A program made the position numbers and the translations under genes. The notes below the pieces were generated by a model, which was not told the origin of the DNA, made no database searches, and saw nothing but the letters and a program-made list of their open reading frames with translations. A DNA stretch of 64,000 nucleotides from an uncultured Actinomycetes bacterium (lineage in GTDB: Bacteria > Actinomycetota > Thermoleophilia > Gaiellales > Gaiellaceae), in contig CAWFVN010000038.1 in assembly GCA_963819225.1 (NCBI GenBank), positions 1,886-65,885 on the forward strand, written 5' to 3'. How positions within the stretch are numbered: the first letter of the stretch is position 1; each line of letters begins with the position of its first letter. Positions 1 through 8,714 of this stretch are shown one piece after another.

Positions 1-922
1 GAGCTCCCCTCGATCCGAAGCGCCGCGAGGTCGACGATCGACTTGTCGAAGACCGCCTTGAGCACGGCGGTGTCGGACTCGAACTCGGGCGCTGCCTCGA
101 GCCAGCGCGTGAGCGCCCCTTCCGAGGCCTCTGCTGGTCGCCGAAGTCGTCGTGCATCGGCTCGAGCACGCCGTCGTTCAGCTCGAGCTCGACGCGCACA
201 ACCGCTCCGAACAGCTGCCTGAGGCGCGAGCTCCAGGTCCCAGACGAGGCTGTCGCCCTCGACGCGCACCGGCAGCGTCGGCGAGCTCGCGGCGAAGCCG
301 CTCGAAGATGCCGCTCCGCACGACGCGGACGGTGCACGCCGCGCGAAACCCCGGAACCTCGTAGGGGAACCGCAGCGGCTGGCCGTCGGCGCCGTGCTCG
401 CGCGATATCCCTCGCTCCGGTCGCGCACGACGCTCTTCATCTCGAACAGGTCCGCGAAGTCGGTGCCGCACGTCAGGCGAAGCTAGAACCGAGCCGGCTC
501 CAGGCCGGCGTTGAAGGCGCCGAGCTGCTCGAGCAGCCCGTTGCCGACGAATCGGAAGCGGCGCACCGCGAGGGTGTTCGGGCGCAGGCCCGCGATCTCG
601 GCGTTCGTCAAGTAGAACGCTGCCGAGTAGTAGTCGACCGCGCGCGACTTGAGCAGCGACAGGGCTCGCCCCTCGAGACGCACTCCCACCAGTTGAGGAA
701 GCGCGTGTCGTCGTGCACGAGGCCGCCGACCGAACCGGCAGGCACGTCACCGAGCGCGTCGGAGAGCAGGAACGTGCGGCCCTCGAGGACCGCGATCGCG
801 TCCGTGCCGAGCTCGGGCGGATACGCCTTCTCGTCGCCATCCTCGTCGGGCGGGCGTGGCTCGGGGTAGGGGTCGAGCGGCGTCGGACGACGAGCTGTCG
901 CATCAATCTCTTCGCGTGACAT
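1..922 (-). CDS. glycogen-debranching-enzyme (amylo-alpha-1,6-glucosidase) family protein, N-terminal ~300 codons. The gene runs off the left edge and has several apparent frameshifts.
   Basis: ATG at 920-922 is preceded by GAGGGGGG. Stitched from ORFs 608-1093, 483-689, 178-906 and unlisted frames: AVLEGRTFLLSDALGDVPAGSVGGLVHDDTRFLNWWE | LRLEGRALSLLKSRAVDYYSAAFYLTNAEIAGLRPNTLAVRRFRFVGNGLLEQL | LRLTCGTDFADLFEMKSVVRDRSEG | ALTRWLEAAPEFESDTAVLKAVFDKSIVDLAALRIEG. This is the usual N-domain pattern of the family. Confidence 0.6.
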
Positions 923-1502
923 CAGCGTTCCCCCCTCGCTCTCGGCACGGTAGCGCTCCGGGGTTATCTTTTCATGGACCGTCCGTGTTGCGCACAGGCG
1001 TGTGCGCTTTCTCGCCATGGAGAGCCGGGGCATTCGCGCAGGACCCTGCGGCCCGAGCCCGCACAGACACCCCGGCACTCGCCACGGTCCCACATTCCGG
1101 GAGCCGCCACAACCACCAATCCTGGGGGAAAGAAGGGAAGGCAGCGGGGGCCGAAGTGGCCGCCCAAGAGACCCCGTTGCCTCCCCCCGCGCAGCACAGT
1201 AACGCCTCGATTGCAGGAATCAAAGGGCGTTCACCGACGCGTAACCGAAATGTCTTGGTCGGTGACTTCGCCGGCGATCGTGCCGTCCGAGAGTCGTCTC
1301 GCCCAACAGACCGGGCCGCGGATGCGACCTAGAAAGAGTGCTAAGAGGGGCCGGAAGCCCCTGGGGTAATTCGGGCTTCCGGCCACCTGATAGCGACGAC
1401 CAAACTACTCGGCAAGCGGACACCACCGCGTCACCCAAACAGGGGGAACGCGTGCCGGGGGACTCGGCCTTCCCGCAGGGGAGAGTGGCACGCGAGCAAC
1501 GG
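923..1502. other. ~580 bp with no credible ORF, locally lower GC and rich in hairpins. Unassigned; candidate structured RNA or long leader.
   Basis: Only overlapping R/P/G-rich ORFs occur in all frames. Perfect stems at 990-1007 (GCGCACA/TGTGCGC), 1232-1264 (CACCGAC/GTCGGTG), 1288-1301 (CGAGA/TCTCG) and a 12-bp stem at 1349-1384 (GGCCGGAAGCCC/GGGCTTCCGGCC). Confidence 0.3.
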
Positions 1503-1718
1503 CTACGAAGGGACGGTTGCAGCCCCGCGGCCGGGGTGGATGACGTCCCAAATCTGCAGATGCATCTCGATCTCGTTCCGCGCCTGCTCAGCGCTTGGCG
1601 CGTCCGGCCTGTCGACCTCGACCATGCTTCCGCCGGCCGGGTCCGCCGTAAAGCCGGAACGCCGGAAGTGAGCGCACAGATCGTCCAAAAGCGCGGGATC
1701 GTCAAGGAGGACAAGCAT
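1503..1718 (-). CDS. hypothetical small protein (71 aa)
   Basis: ATG at 1716-1718, in frame with ORF 1503-1787. Sequence MLVLLDDPALLDDLCAHFRRSGFTADPAGGSMVEVDRPDAPSAEQARNEIEMHLQIWDV... has a protein-like composition. No SD. Overlaps the 3' end of the upstream ORF by 17 nt. Confidence 0.35.
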   Translation of the reverse strand: MLVLLDDPALLDDLCAHFRRSGFTADPAGGSMVEVDRPDAPSAEQARNEIEMHLQIWDVIHPGRGAATVPS

Positions 1719-1959
1719 GGGCCGCAGAGCCAGTCGTAAGTTTCGCGGCGGCCAATGAACCGCGCATCCCCTTGTCGAGGGGCACATCCCATGAACAACA
1801 CAACGACAACAATCGCTCCCTCACAACGCAAGCGCGACAGTAAGCCGTCAGGACTGTGACCTCGTCTTCGGGGTCGTCCTCGTCGTCGGTGCGGTAGAGC
1901 CGCCAACCCTTTGCCTCCGGTCCGGACGGCCGCCCGCACTCTGCACACCACAAGCGCAT
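1702..1959 (-). CDS. hypothetical zinc-ribbon-like protein (85 aa)
   Basis: ATG at 1957-1959, in frame with ORF 1702-2244. MRLWCAECGRPSGPEAKGWRLYRTDDEDDPEDEVTVLTAYCRACVVRE has two CxxC pairs (C5/C8 and C41/C44) and an acidic linker. No clear SD. The surrounding DNA at 1780-1860 is visibly AT-richer. Confidence 0.3.
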   Translation of the reverse strand: MRLWCAECGRPSGPEAKGWRLYRTDDEDDPEDEVTVLTAYCRACVVRERLLSLCCSWDVPLDKGMRGSLAAAKLTTGSAAHACPP

Positions 1960-2266
1960 GAGAAGGCGATCGTAAAACGCTCCCGCCGCCCAGAGCACTA
2001 GACGTTGCGCCAGTCTCGCTCTCCGAAGACCGGGCCTTGGCCAGTGCGAGAGATGGGGCCGGTGAGAGCCCGGGGCTGCGGCCCCCCGAGGCGCTCGAAT
2101 CCGACCCCGAAGTGATATCGGCAACCACACCGGGCGGCTTGAGACCGGATCACCCGCCTGGGGATTGTCACGAGGCAGCGCGAGCGGGAGAGTGTGCCGG
2201 GGGAGGGCATGCGGCGCCTTCCCCCACCGCTCCTCGCAAGCCAACTCCTGGGGAGTACGGAGCTAG

Positions 2267-2978
2267 CTACCCCAGCGCGACTCGCCAGCTGATCGTCCTG
2301 CTGCGCCGACCCAGTTCGTCGACGACCGCGAACGTCACGCGATACACATCGCCGGTCGCGATCAGCTTCGCCGGGATCGGCCACTTCACGGAGAGGAAGC
2401 CGCAACCGCTCGTGCGCAGGTCGCCGTCCACGACGGTCGTGGCCCGCGCCACGACCCGGCCGCGTCGAATCCGCTGCTGGCCGACGATCACCCTGAAGGC
2501 ACCCTCGTCGTCGCAGACCTGCAGCCTCGCGCTTCCCGACCGACGGGTCCGGGACGCACTCCACCGATGGGACTGGAGCACTGGAGCGACGTTCGGAATC
2601 CTGAACGTGAGGACGTTGGACCACTCTCGCGCAGGGCACGCGAAGACGACGAAACACGGCCAGTCGATCGCGTTCACATGCACGTAGTAGGTGATGCCCG
2701 TCTGCAGCCGACGGTTGGTCGACCTCCAGGACGTGCGTGTCGCCTCGACCTGCTCGAAGAGGACGAGGTTGTCGCCGAGGAACGCCCCGTCGGTGCTCAG
2801 GCGTCGGGTCGGTTGCGATCTCGATCAGCTGCGACTCGACGCCCGGAGGGAGGGTCCACCTCGCCGTGGGAAATTGCTTGACATGGCCAACCGAGACGAG
2901 CGTCGGCGGCGCGGCCGATGCCGCCGACGGGACGAGGAACACCGCAGCGACAGCCATCACGACCAGCAGGCGTTTCAC
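2267..2978 (-). CDS. secreted protein of unknown function (one apparent frameshift)
   Basis: Signal peptide MKRLLVVMAVAAVFLVPSAASAAPP (ORF 1998-2978). After a 1-nt frame change near 2793 it reads STDGAFLGDNLVLFEQVEATRTSWRSTNRRLQTGITYYVHVNAIDWPCFVVFACPAREWSNVLTFRIP... through ORF 2267-2683 to the stop. Confidence 0.5.
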
Positions 2979-3200
2979 ATTCCTGTTCCTAACACACGGG
3001 ACCCTCGATGCCCAGCCGCCGGCCGGGCGAGAGAAGACGGGAGATCCCCGTCAGAGCCTCCTGACGGGGATCCCGTTTGTCCTAGCAGGCCGACTCCGAG
3101 ACCCCGGAGGCGACCGGTGCTACTGACTCCCCTGCGGGCCGGATCTTGCGGTGTGGTCACGAGCCAAAACCGCGCGGAGAGGTTCCGCGTATTCCGTGGA

Positions 3201-3380
3201 GTGAGACGCGCGCTCGTTCTTCTCCTGCTCGCGCTGGTCCTGCTCGTCCCGGCCGGCTGCGGCGGCGACGACAGCGGCGGGGGCGGCGGCGGCGGGACGA
3301 ACACCACCAAGACCGACTCGGGTACGGGTACTAGCTCGGCAGCGCGGCGAGCACGTCGTCGGCGTGCGTGTCCGGCTTGA
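3201..3380 (+). CDS. putative small lipoprotein (3' end uncertain)
   Basis: GTG at 3201. VRRALVLLLLALVLLVPAGCGGDDSGGGGGGG has a lipobox (LVPAGC) followed by a Gly/Thr/Ser-rich tail. As written the frame runs 50 nt into the converging bcp gene. A 1-nt indel would end it at TAG 3332-3334. Confidence 0.3.
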   Translation: MRRALVLLLLALVLLVPAGCGGDDSGGGGGGGTNTTKTDSGTGTSSAARRARRRRACPA

Positions 3381-3789
3381 CCTTGTGCATCACCTTGGCG
3401 ACGTTGCCCTCCGAGTCGATCAGGAAGGTGGAGCGGTTGACGCCCATGTACGTCTTCCCGTACGCGGTCTTCTCGCCCCAGACGCCGTAGTCGTCGGCGA
3501 CCTTGTGCTCGGGGTCGGCGAGCAGCGTGAAGGGCAGCCCGTACTTCTCCTTGAACTTGACGTGTGACGTCTCCTCGTCGGGGCTCACCCCGAGCACGAC
3601 GGCGCCGCGGTCGGCGAACGCGCCGTAGTTGTCGCGGATCCCGCAGGCCTGCGTCGTGCAGCCGGGCGTGTCGTCCTTCGGATAGAAGTAGAGAACGACC
3701 GGCTTCCCGCGAAAGTCGGACAGCTTCACCTGCTCGCCCGAGTCGCTCGTCAGCTCGAAGTCCGGTGCGGGCCTGCCTTCCTCGACCAT
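3331..3789 (-). CDS. bcp: thiol peroxidase, Bcp/PrxQ-type peroxiredoxin
   Basis: 152 aa intact ORF. APDFELTSDSGEQVKLSDFRGKPVVLYFYPKDDTPGCTTQAC contains the PxxxTxxC peroxidatic motif with a resolving Cys five residues later. Confidence 0.9.
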   Translation of the reverse strand: MVEEGRPAPDFELTSDSGEQVKLSDFRGKPVVLYFYPKDDTPGCTTQACGIRDNYGAFADRGAVVLGVSPDEETSHVKFKEKYGLPFTLLADPEHKVADDYGVWGEKTAYGKTYMGVNRSTFLIDSEGNVAKVMHKVKPDTHADDVLAALPS

Positions 3790-3816
3790 GTCGATCCTCT
3801 CTGTAGGGTCCGACCG

Positions 3817-4173
3817 ATGCTAACGGCGCACGAGTGGGTCGCGTACGCGGTGATCGCGGTCGCAGGTCTTGCGGCGGTGTGGGGAGGCGTGACGTACTTC
3901 CGGCGCGCGGAGGCGGGGGCGTCGCTCGGCCACGTGCTCGCGCTCGTGCAGACGGTCTGCGTCGCGCAGGTCGCGCTCGGCCTGCTCCTCGTCGGGGACG
4001 GACGGCGAACCGCCGACGACCTCCACTACGTCTACGGCACCCTCACGCTGCTGGTCGTGCTCGCGCCGTGGTTCTACGCTCCGGCCGACCCGCGCCGCCG
4101 GCTCGCGTGGTTCGCGGGAACCTCGCTCGTCGCCGCCGCGCTCGCCGTCCGGGCCTGGACGACCTCGGGCTGA
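3817..4173 (+). CDS. membrane protein, unknown function
   Basis: 118 aa intact ORF with 3-4 hydrophobic helices (WVAYAVIAVAGLAAVWGGV, LALVQTVCVAQVALGLLLV, LTLLVVLAPWFYA). Its stop overlaps the next start in TGATG. Confidence 0.55.
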   Translation: MLTAHEWVAYAVIAVAGLAAVWGGVTYFRRAEAGASLGHVLALVQTVCVAQVALGLLLVGDGRRTADDLHYVYGTLTLLVVLAPWFYAPADPRRRLAWFAGTSLVAAALAVRAWTTSG

Positions 4174-4550
4174 TGAAGCGCTTCTGGGCCAACATGAACC
4201 CGACGGTCCGAGGCTTCCTCGTGATCGGCGCGATCGCGCTCACGGTGGTCGTGCTGAACCTCTACAACGTGCTCGCCTCGCTCGCGATCCTCGCGCAGAT
4301 CGCGTTCCTGCTCGCGATCGCCTTCTTCGTCTTCCTCGTGTGGCGCGAGCGGCGCGAGGAGATCTCGGCCTGGCCGATGCGGGCGCAGCTCGCTCTCTAC
4401 GGCGCCGCGATCCTGATCGTCTTCGACCTGCTCGTCTTCAGCTTCTGGGGAGCGAGCGGCCTCGGGGCGGTGGCCTTCCTGCTCGTGCTCGTGATCTGCG
4501 GCTACGCGGGATTCCGCGCGTGGCGCAGCCAGCACACGTACGGCTACTAG
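4173..4550 (+). CDS. membrane protein, unknown function
   Basis: ATG at 4173-4175 overlaps the upstream TGA (4171-4173), in frame with ORF 3834-4550. MKRFWANMNPTVRGFLVIGAIALTVVVLNLYNVLASLAILAQIAFLLAIAFFVFLVW... has four predicted TM helices. Confidence 0.55.
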   Translation: MKRFWANMNPTVRGFLVIGAIALTVVVLNLYNVLASLAILAQIAFLLAIAFFVFLVWRERREEISAWPMRAQLALYGAAILIVFDLLVFSFWGASGLGAVAFLLVLVICGYAGFRAWRSQHTYGY

Positions 4551-4553
4551 GCG

Positions 4554-5243
4554 CTAGGCCTCGACCCGCAACGCCGCGCCGTCGAGACGGTCGAGCGCCG
4601 CGCGGATCTCCATGCCTTCGCCGACGAAGATCGGCGTGTCGCGCTCGGTGTAGCTCGACGCCTCGCTGTCGCGAAGCGTCAGCATCAGGTGCATGAAGTC
4701 GGCGGGCTCGTCGCACTCGAACGCGGTCATGAACTCCTGGTCGTCGATCCCGAACGAGTACGTCGTGTGGTTGTGGATCGTCGGGAAGCGACGGCCGGTC
4801 TCGATGTGCTCGTCCATCGCGCTCTGGCGGTGCTCGGGCGTGAGCGCGTACCACGGTCGCGTCTTCACGAACGGGTAGACGACCAGATACGGAGATCCCT
4901 TGGGCGTGACCTTGCGGGGTCGCCGCGCCGACGTGTACTCGGAGGCCTTCGTCGTGGCGAGGTACGAGTACGGCGTCTCGAGCCAGCCGGCGAGCGGCGT
5001 CGCGTTCAGCTCCGCGCCGAGCTCGCCGAGATCCTGGTAGCGCGAGGTGATCTTCCAGAGGAAGAAGTCGGTGTCCGGCCGCACGCCCGAGACGGAGTAG
5101 GCGCGAAGGGAGTCCATCCGCTCCGCCCAGCCCTCGACGACCTCGGCGAAGGCGTCCTTGCCGGCAGCGCGCTCCTCGACCGGCAGCCGCCGCCAGGCCG
5201 GGTCGACCCGGTAGAAGCTGTAGGCGACGTACTGGCCCTCCAC
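4554..5243 (-). CDS. hemQ: chlorite-dismutase-family coproheme decarboxylase (HemQ/ChdC)
   Basis: 229 aa intact ORF. YVAYSFYRVDPAWRRLP, FFLWKITSRYQDL, LVVYPFVKTRPWYAL and DEHIETGRRF..IHNHTTYSFGIDDQEFMTAFE are typical of the actinobacterial HemQ family. Confidence 0.85.
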   Translation of the reverse strand: MEGQYVAYSFYRVDPAWRRLPVEERAAGKDAFAEVVEGWAERMDSLRAYSVSGVRPDTDFFLWKITSRYQDLGELGAELNATPLAGWLETPYSYLATTKASEYTSARRPRKVTPKGSPYLVVYPFVKTRPWYALTPEHRQSAMDEHIETGRRFPTIHNHTTYSFGIDDQEFMTAFECDEPADFMHLMLTLRDSEASSYTERDTPIFVGEGMEIRAALDRLDGAALRVEA

Positions 5244-5253
5244 GCGCGAAACG

Positions 5254-6724
5254 CTAGCGGACGCTGAAGGCGCGGGTGCTTCTGATCACGGTCGCGCCGC
5301 GGTTCACCGGTGCCGAGAACGCGACGTTGAACTTGTAGACGCCCTTGACGAGCGCCAGCTTCGGGAGCCGCACGATCGAGTAGACGCCCGCGAGCGCTCG
5401 GCCGGTGTGCTTCGCGACCACCTTGTTGTCGGACATCCGCTGGAGCGACGTCTCGACCGTGCAGTCGATGCTGCAGCGCAAGGTGACGCCGTAGCGCCCG
5501 TTCGAGCCGAACGGCCCGAAGCGGTCGACAGTGGGAGTCAGCTTGAGCGCCGCGCACTTCGCGACGATGCCGCCGCGCGTCTGGCGCGCAGCCTGCTTCA
5601 TCAGCGGCAGCGACGTCTTCGCCGTCTTGTCCGGGTAGTAGAAGCCCGACTGCCAGCCGGGCAGGCGCGGGTCGTCGATCGTCAGGAACATGAAGATGCC
5701 GGCAATGTTGGGCTGGCAGAACGAGAGCTCGAGCGCCTTGCGGTAGCTGGCGGCCTGCTTCGCCTCGTCCACCGGCCTCGTCGTCGTCGGCTCGGCGCCG
5801 TTGTACTGCGACGCCTTGCCCGCGGGCGGGAGCGACTCGATCCCGAACTCGCCGTAGTAGATCGGGAGCGTGGAGCCCTTCTGCGCCGGTGCCGTCGAAG
5901 GCCTGGCCGAGCAGCTTGACGAGCTTGTCGTAGTCCGCGACGCCGATCGAGGTGCCGTTCGGGTGCCCGGTCGCCGGGGACTGGCTCGAGTTGTCGGGGA
6001 ACGGGTTGATCGAGAGCGCGTCCATCACGGGCTTCGTGCGCGCGCTCGCCTTGTAGGCCGTCCCCATGTCGAGGATGAACTTCGTCGGCGAATGCGTGTG
6101 CCGCGCGAGCGTGTGGTTGTCGGAGCCGCGCGGGGAGAGCGCGCCGCCGAGGACGACGATGTTCGGCGACACCGCCTTCAGCGCGTCGTAGGCCTCGGCG
6201 AGGAGCGCGAGGTACGCGGGCGCGGCGACGTTCTCGCCGTTCGGCCCGAACTGCGGGAGCCAGAAGCCGTTCAGGTTCGGCTCGTTGCCGATCGTGTAGT
6301 GGCGCACGGCGGGGAGCGCCTTCGCGAGCGCGGCGACGAACTGCGCGAACTGCGTGCGCGACTTCTCGGTCAACGGCGTCGTCCTGCTGCCCGGATGCGA
6401 GACGACGAGGAAGACCTGCATCTGGTTCGCGGTCGCCGCGAACACCGCGTTCTTGAGCGCCGCGAGGTCGCCGCCGGGCGGCTCGACCTGGTCGGGGAGC
6501 CAGTGCTGGGTCATCCGGATCGCGGTGAAGCCGGCCGCCTTCGCCCGGAGCACCTCGGCCTGCGCAAGCGCCGGGTCGCTCTGCTTGGCCACGTCGGTCG
6601 TCGTCCCGACGACCATCGTCGGTCCACCCGCGAGCGCGGCCGGCGCCAGTGTGAGCGCTGCGACCCCTGCGACGACCCCTTTGAGCACCCCGGTACGCAC
6701 GATGGACACGGCTACGCTAGCCAC
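5254..6724 (-). CDS. secreted clan-GH-A-like (TIM-barrel) glycoside-hydrolase-family protein with a C-terminal beta module (one apparent frameshift)
   Basis: GTG at 6722-6724 with signal peptide ...GVAALTLAPAALAGGP. TIGNEPNLNGFWLPQF is an NEP acid/base-type motif and IYYGEFGIES a candidate nucleophile Glu. A frame change near 5893 joins ORF 5006-6724 to ORF 5254-5772. Paralog of 41237-42812. Confidence 0.6.
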
Positions 6725-6729
6725 CAGAA

Positions 6730-8580
6730 GTGAAGAAACCGTTGGAACCGCGGCTGAAGGCGCTCCCGACCAAGCCGGGCGTCTACCTCTTCAAGGACGC
6801 CAAGGGCCAGGTCCTCTACGTGGGCAAGGCGAAGTCGCTCCGCCCGCGCGTCCGGTCGTACTTCCAGGCGAACCCGGACGCCCGCGCGGCGATCCAGCAG
6901 CTCCCCGACCGGGTCGCCGACATCGAGGTGATCGTGACGGGCAACGAGGTCGAGGCCCTCCACCTCGAGCAGAACCTCGTCAAGCGGCACCGCCCGCCCT
7001 TCAACGTGCGGCTGCGGGACGACAAGTCGTTCCCGTACATCGCGGTCACCGTCGAGGACGAGTACCCGCGCGTGATGTTCACGCGCGAGCGGCACCGCCG
7101 CGGCGTCGTCTATTTCGGGCCCTATGCGAATGCGAAAAAGGTACGCGGCACACTGGACGTCCTGAACCGCGTGTTCCAGTTCCGGCCGTGCGAGGGGCCG
7201 AAGCCGGGGCGGCACTCGGGGATCCCCTGCCTCGACTTCCACATCGAGCGCTGCCACGCGCCCTGCGTCAACTACATCTCGAAGGACGCCTACGGCGAGA
7301 TCATCGACGGGGTGATCGGCTTCCTCGAAGGCGACACCGAGCCGATCCAGGCGCGGATCGAGGAGCGGATGCGCGAGGCCGCGGCGGAGGAGCGCTTCGA
7401 GGAGGCGGCGCGGCTCCGGAACCGCCTCTTCGCGGTCCGGCACCTCGCCGAGCGGCAGGCGGCGGACAAGCGCGCCGTCGGCACGATCGACGTGATCGGG
7501 ATCGCGCTCGAGGGCGATCGCGGAACCGTGCAGATCTTCCCGCTTCGCGAGGGGAAGATGATCGACCGCTACGCGTTCCACCTCGAGAACGTCGGGGGTC
7601 AGGACCTCACGACCGTCCTCGAGGAGTTCTGTCTCGAGTACTACGGCTCGTCGCCGAGCATCCCGCCGCAGATCGTCGTCCCGCGCGACGCGGGCGACCT
7701 CTCGGCGCTCGAGCAGTTCCTCTCGGAGCGGCGCGGCGCGCGCGTCGAGGTGCGGGCTGCGGAGCGCGGCGAGAAGCGGCGCCTCCAGGAGCTCGCAACG
7801 GAGAACGCACGGCTCGCGCTCGCGTCGGAAGCCCAGCAGACCGAGCAGCGCCGGCAGCGGAGGATCGAGGCGCTCGAAGAGCTCCGCGAGGCGCTGAACC
7901 TCGAGTCGCTGCCGATCCGGATCGAGTGCTTCGACATCTCGAACATCCAGGGCGAGTCGGTCGTCGGGTCGATGGTCGTCTTCCAGGACGCCGTCGCGAA
8001 GAAGGCGCACTACCGGAAGTTCGGCGTCCAGAGCCTCGACGGGCAGGACGACTTCGCCGCGATGGCCGAGGTCGTCTCGCGCCGGTTCGCGCGCCTCGCG
8101 AACCCGGACCCGGAGCAGCACGACGAGAGCTTCTCGGCGATGCCGAACCTCGTGGTGATCGACGGCGGCAAGGGGCAGCTCTCCGCGGCACTGGCGGCGA
8201 TGCAGGCGTTCGACCTTCCGCGGGTCGCCGTGATCGCGCTCGCGAAGAAGGAAGAAGAGGTGTACGTGCCCGGGCAGCCCGACGCCGTTCGCCTGCCCAG
8301 GCACCAGCCGGGGCTCCAGCTGCTCCAGCGGGTCCGCGACGAGGCGCACCGCTTCGCCGTCGGCTTCCACCGGCAACGGCGCGAGACGCGCTCGTTCGAG
8401 TCGATCTTCGACACGCTGCGCGGAGTCGGCCCGGCCCGCCGCAAGGCGATCCTGAAGCACTTCGGCTCACCCGACGCGTTCCTCGCGGCGACGCAGGAGG
8501 AGCTCGAGGGCGTGCCGCAGCTACCGCCGAAGACCGCCCGCGCGATCTACGCGCAGCTGCACAAGGCCGGCCGCGGGTAG
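6730..8580 (+). CDS. uvrC: excinuclease ABC subunit C
   Basis: 616 aa intact ORF. GIY-YIG N-terminus PGVYLFKDAKGQVLYVGKAKSLRPRVRSYF, central FRPCEG...CLDFHIERCHAPC, and a C-terminal HhH region GVGPARRKAILKHFGS. Confidence 0.95.
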   Translation: MKKPLEPRLKALPTKPGVYLFKDAKGQVLYVGKAKSLRPRVRSYFQANPDARAAIQQLPDRVADIEVIVTGNEVEALHLEQNLVKRHRPPFNVRLRDDKSFPYIAVTVEDEYPRVMFTRERHRRGVVYFGPYANAKKVRGTLDVLNRVFQFRPCEGPKPGRHSGIPCLDFHIERCHAPCVNYISKDAYGEIIDGVIGFLEGDTEPIQARIEERMREAAAEERFEEAARLRNRLFAVRHLAERQAADKRAVGTIDVIGIALEGDRGTVQIFPLREGKMIDRYAFHLENVGGQDLTTVLEEFCLEYYGSSPSIPPQIVVPRDAGDLSALEQFLSERRGARVEVRAAERGEKRRLQELATENARLALASEAQQTEQRRQRRIEALEELREALNLESLPIRIECFDISNIQGESVVGSMVVFQDAVAKKAHYRKFGVQSLDGQDDFAAMAEVVSRRFARLANPDPEQHDESFSAMPNLVVIDGGKGQLSAALAAMQAFDLPRVAVIALAKKEEEVYVPGQPDAVRLPRHQPGLQLLQRVRDEAHRFAVGFHRQRRETRSFESIFDTLRGVGPARRKAILKHFGSPDAFLAATQEELEGVPQLPPKTARAIYAQLHKAGRG

Positions 8581-8714
8581 GGGCCCTGGCCCTACGGGTG
8601 GGGCGCGACGAGGACCGCGATCGTGAAGAACGAGGCGGCGATGGCGAGGAAGCGCATGTCTTCGACCCTAGGACGTGCCTTTACGCACGCGGTTCGGGAC
8701 GAGTAAGAAGTTCT

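Noticed and set aside
923-1502. tmRNA, RNase P RNA, SRP RNA or a cobalamin riboswitch in the hairpin-rich spacer.
   Set aside because: I checked by eye for GGGG...UUCGAC with a tRNA-like 3' end and CCA, for GAGGAAAGUCCGG with ACAGAACCCGGC in the right order, for GGAAGG-AGCA, and for the B12 box. Only isolated partial strings occur, in the wrong order, and there is no suitable downstream gene for a riboswitch.
8592-8657. A 21-aa hydrophobic peptide ORF (MRFLAIAASFFTIAVLVAPHP) on the minus strand between uvrC and the BNR gene, possibly a type I toxin or small membrane protein.
   Set aside because: It has no convincing SD or promoter, is very short, and sits in a convergent 3' region. I cannot distinguish it from chance.
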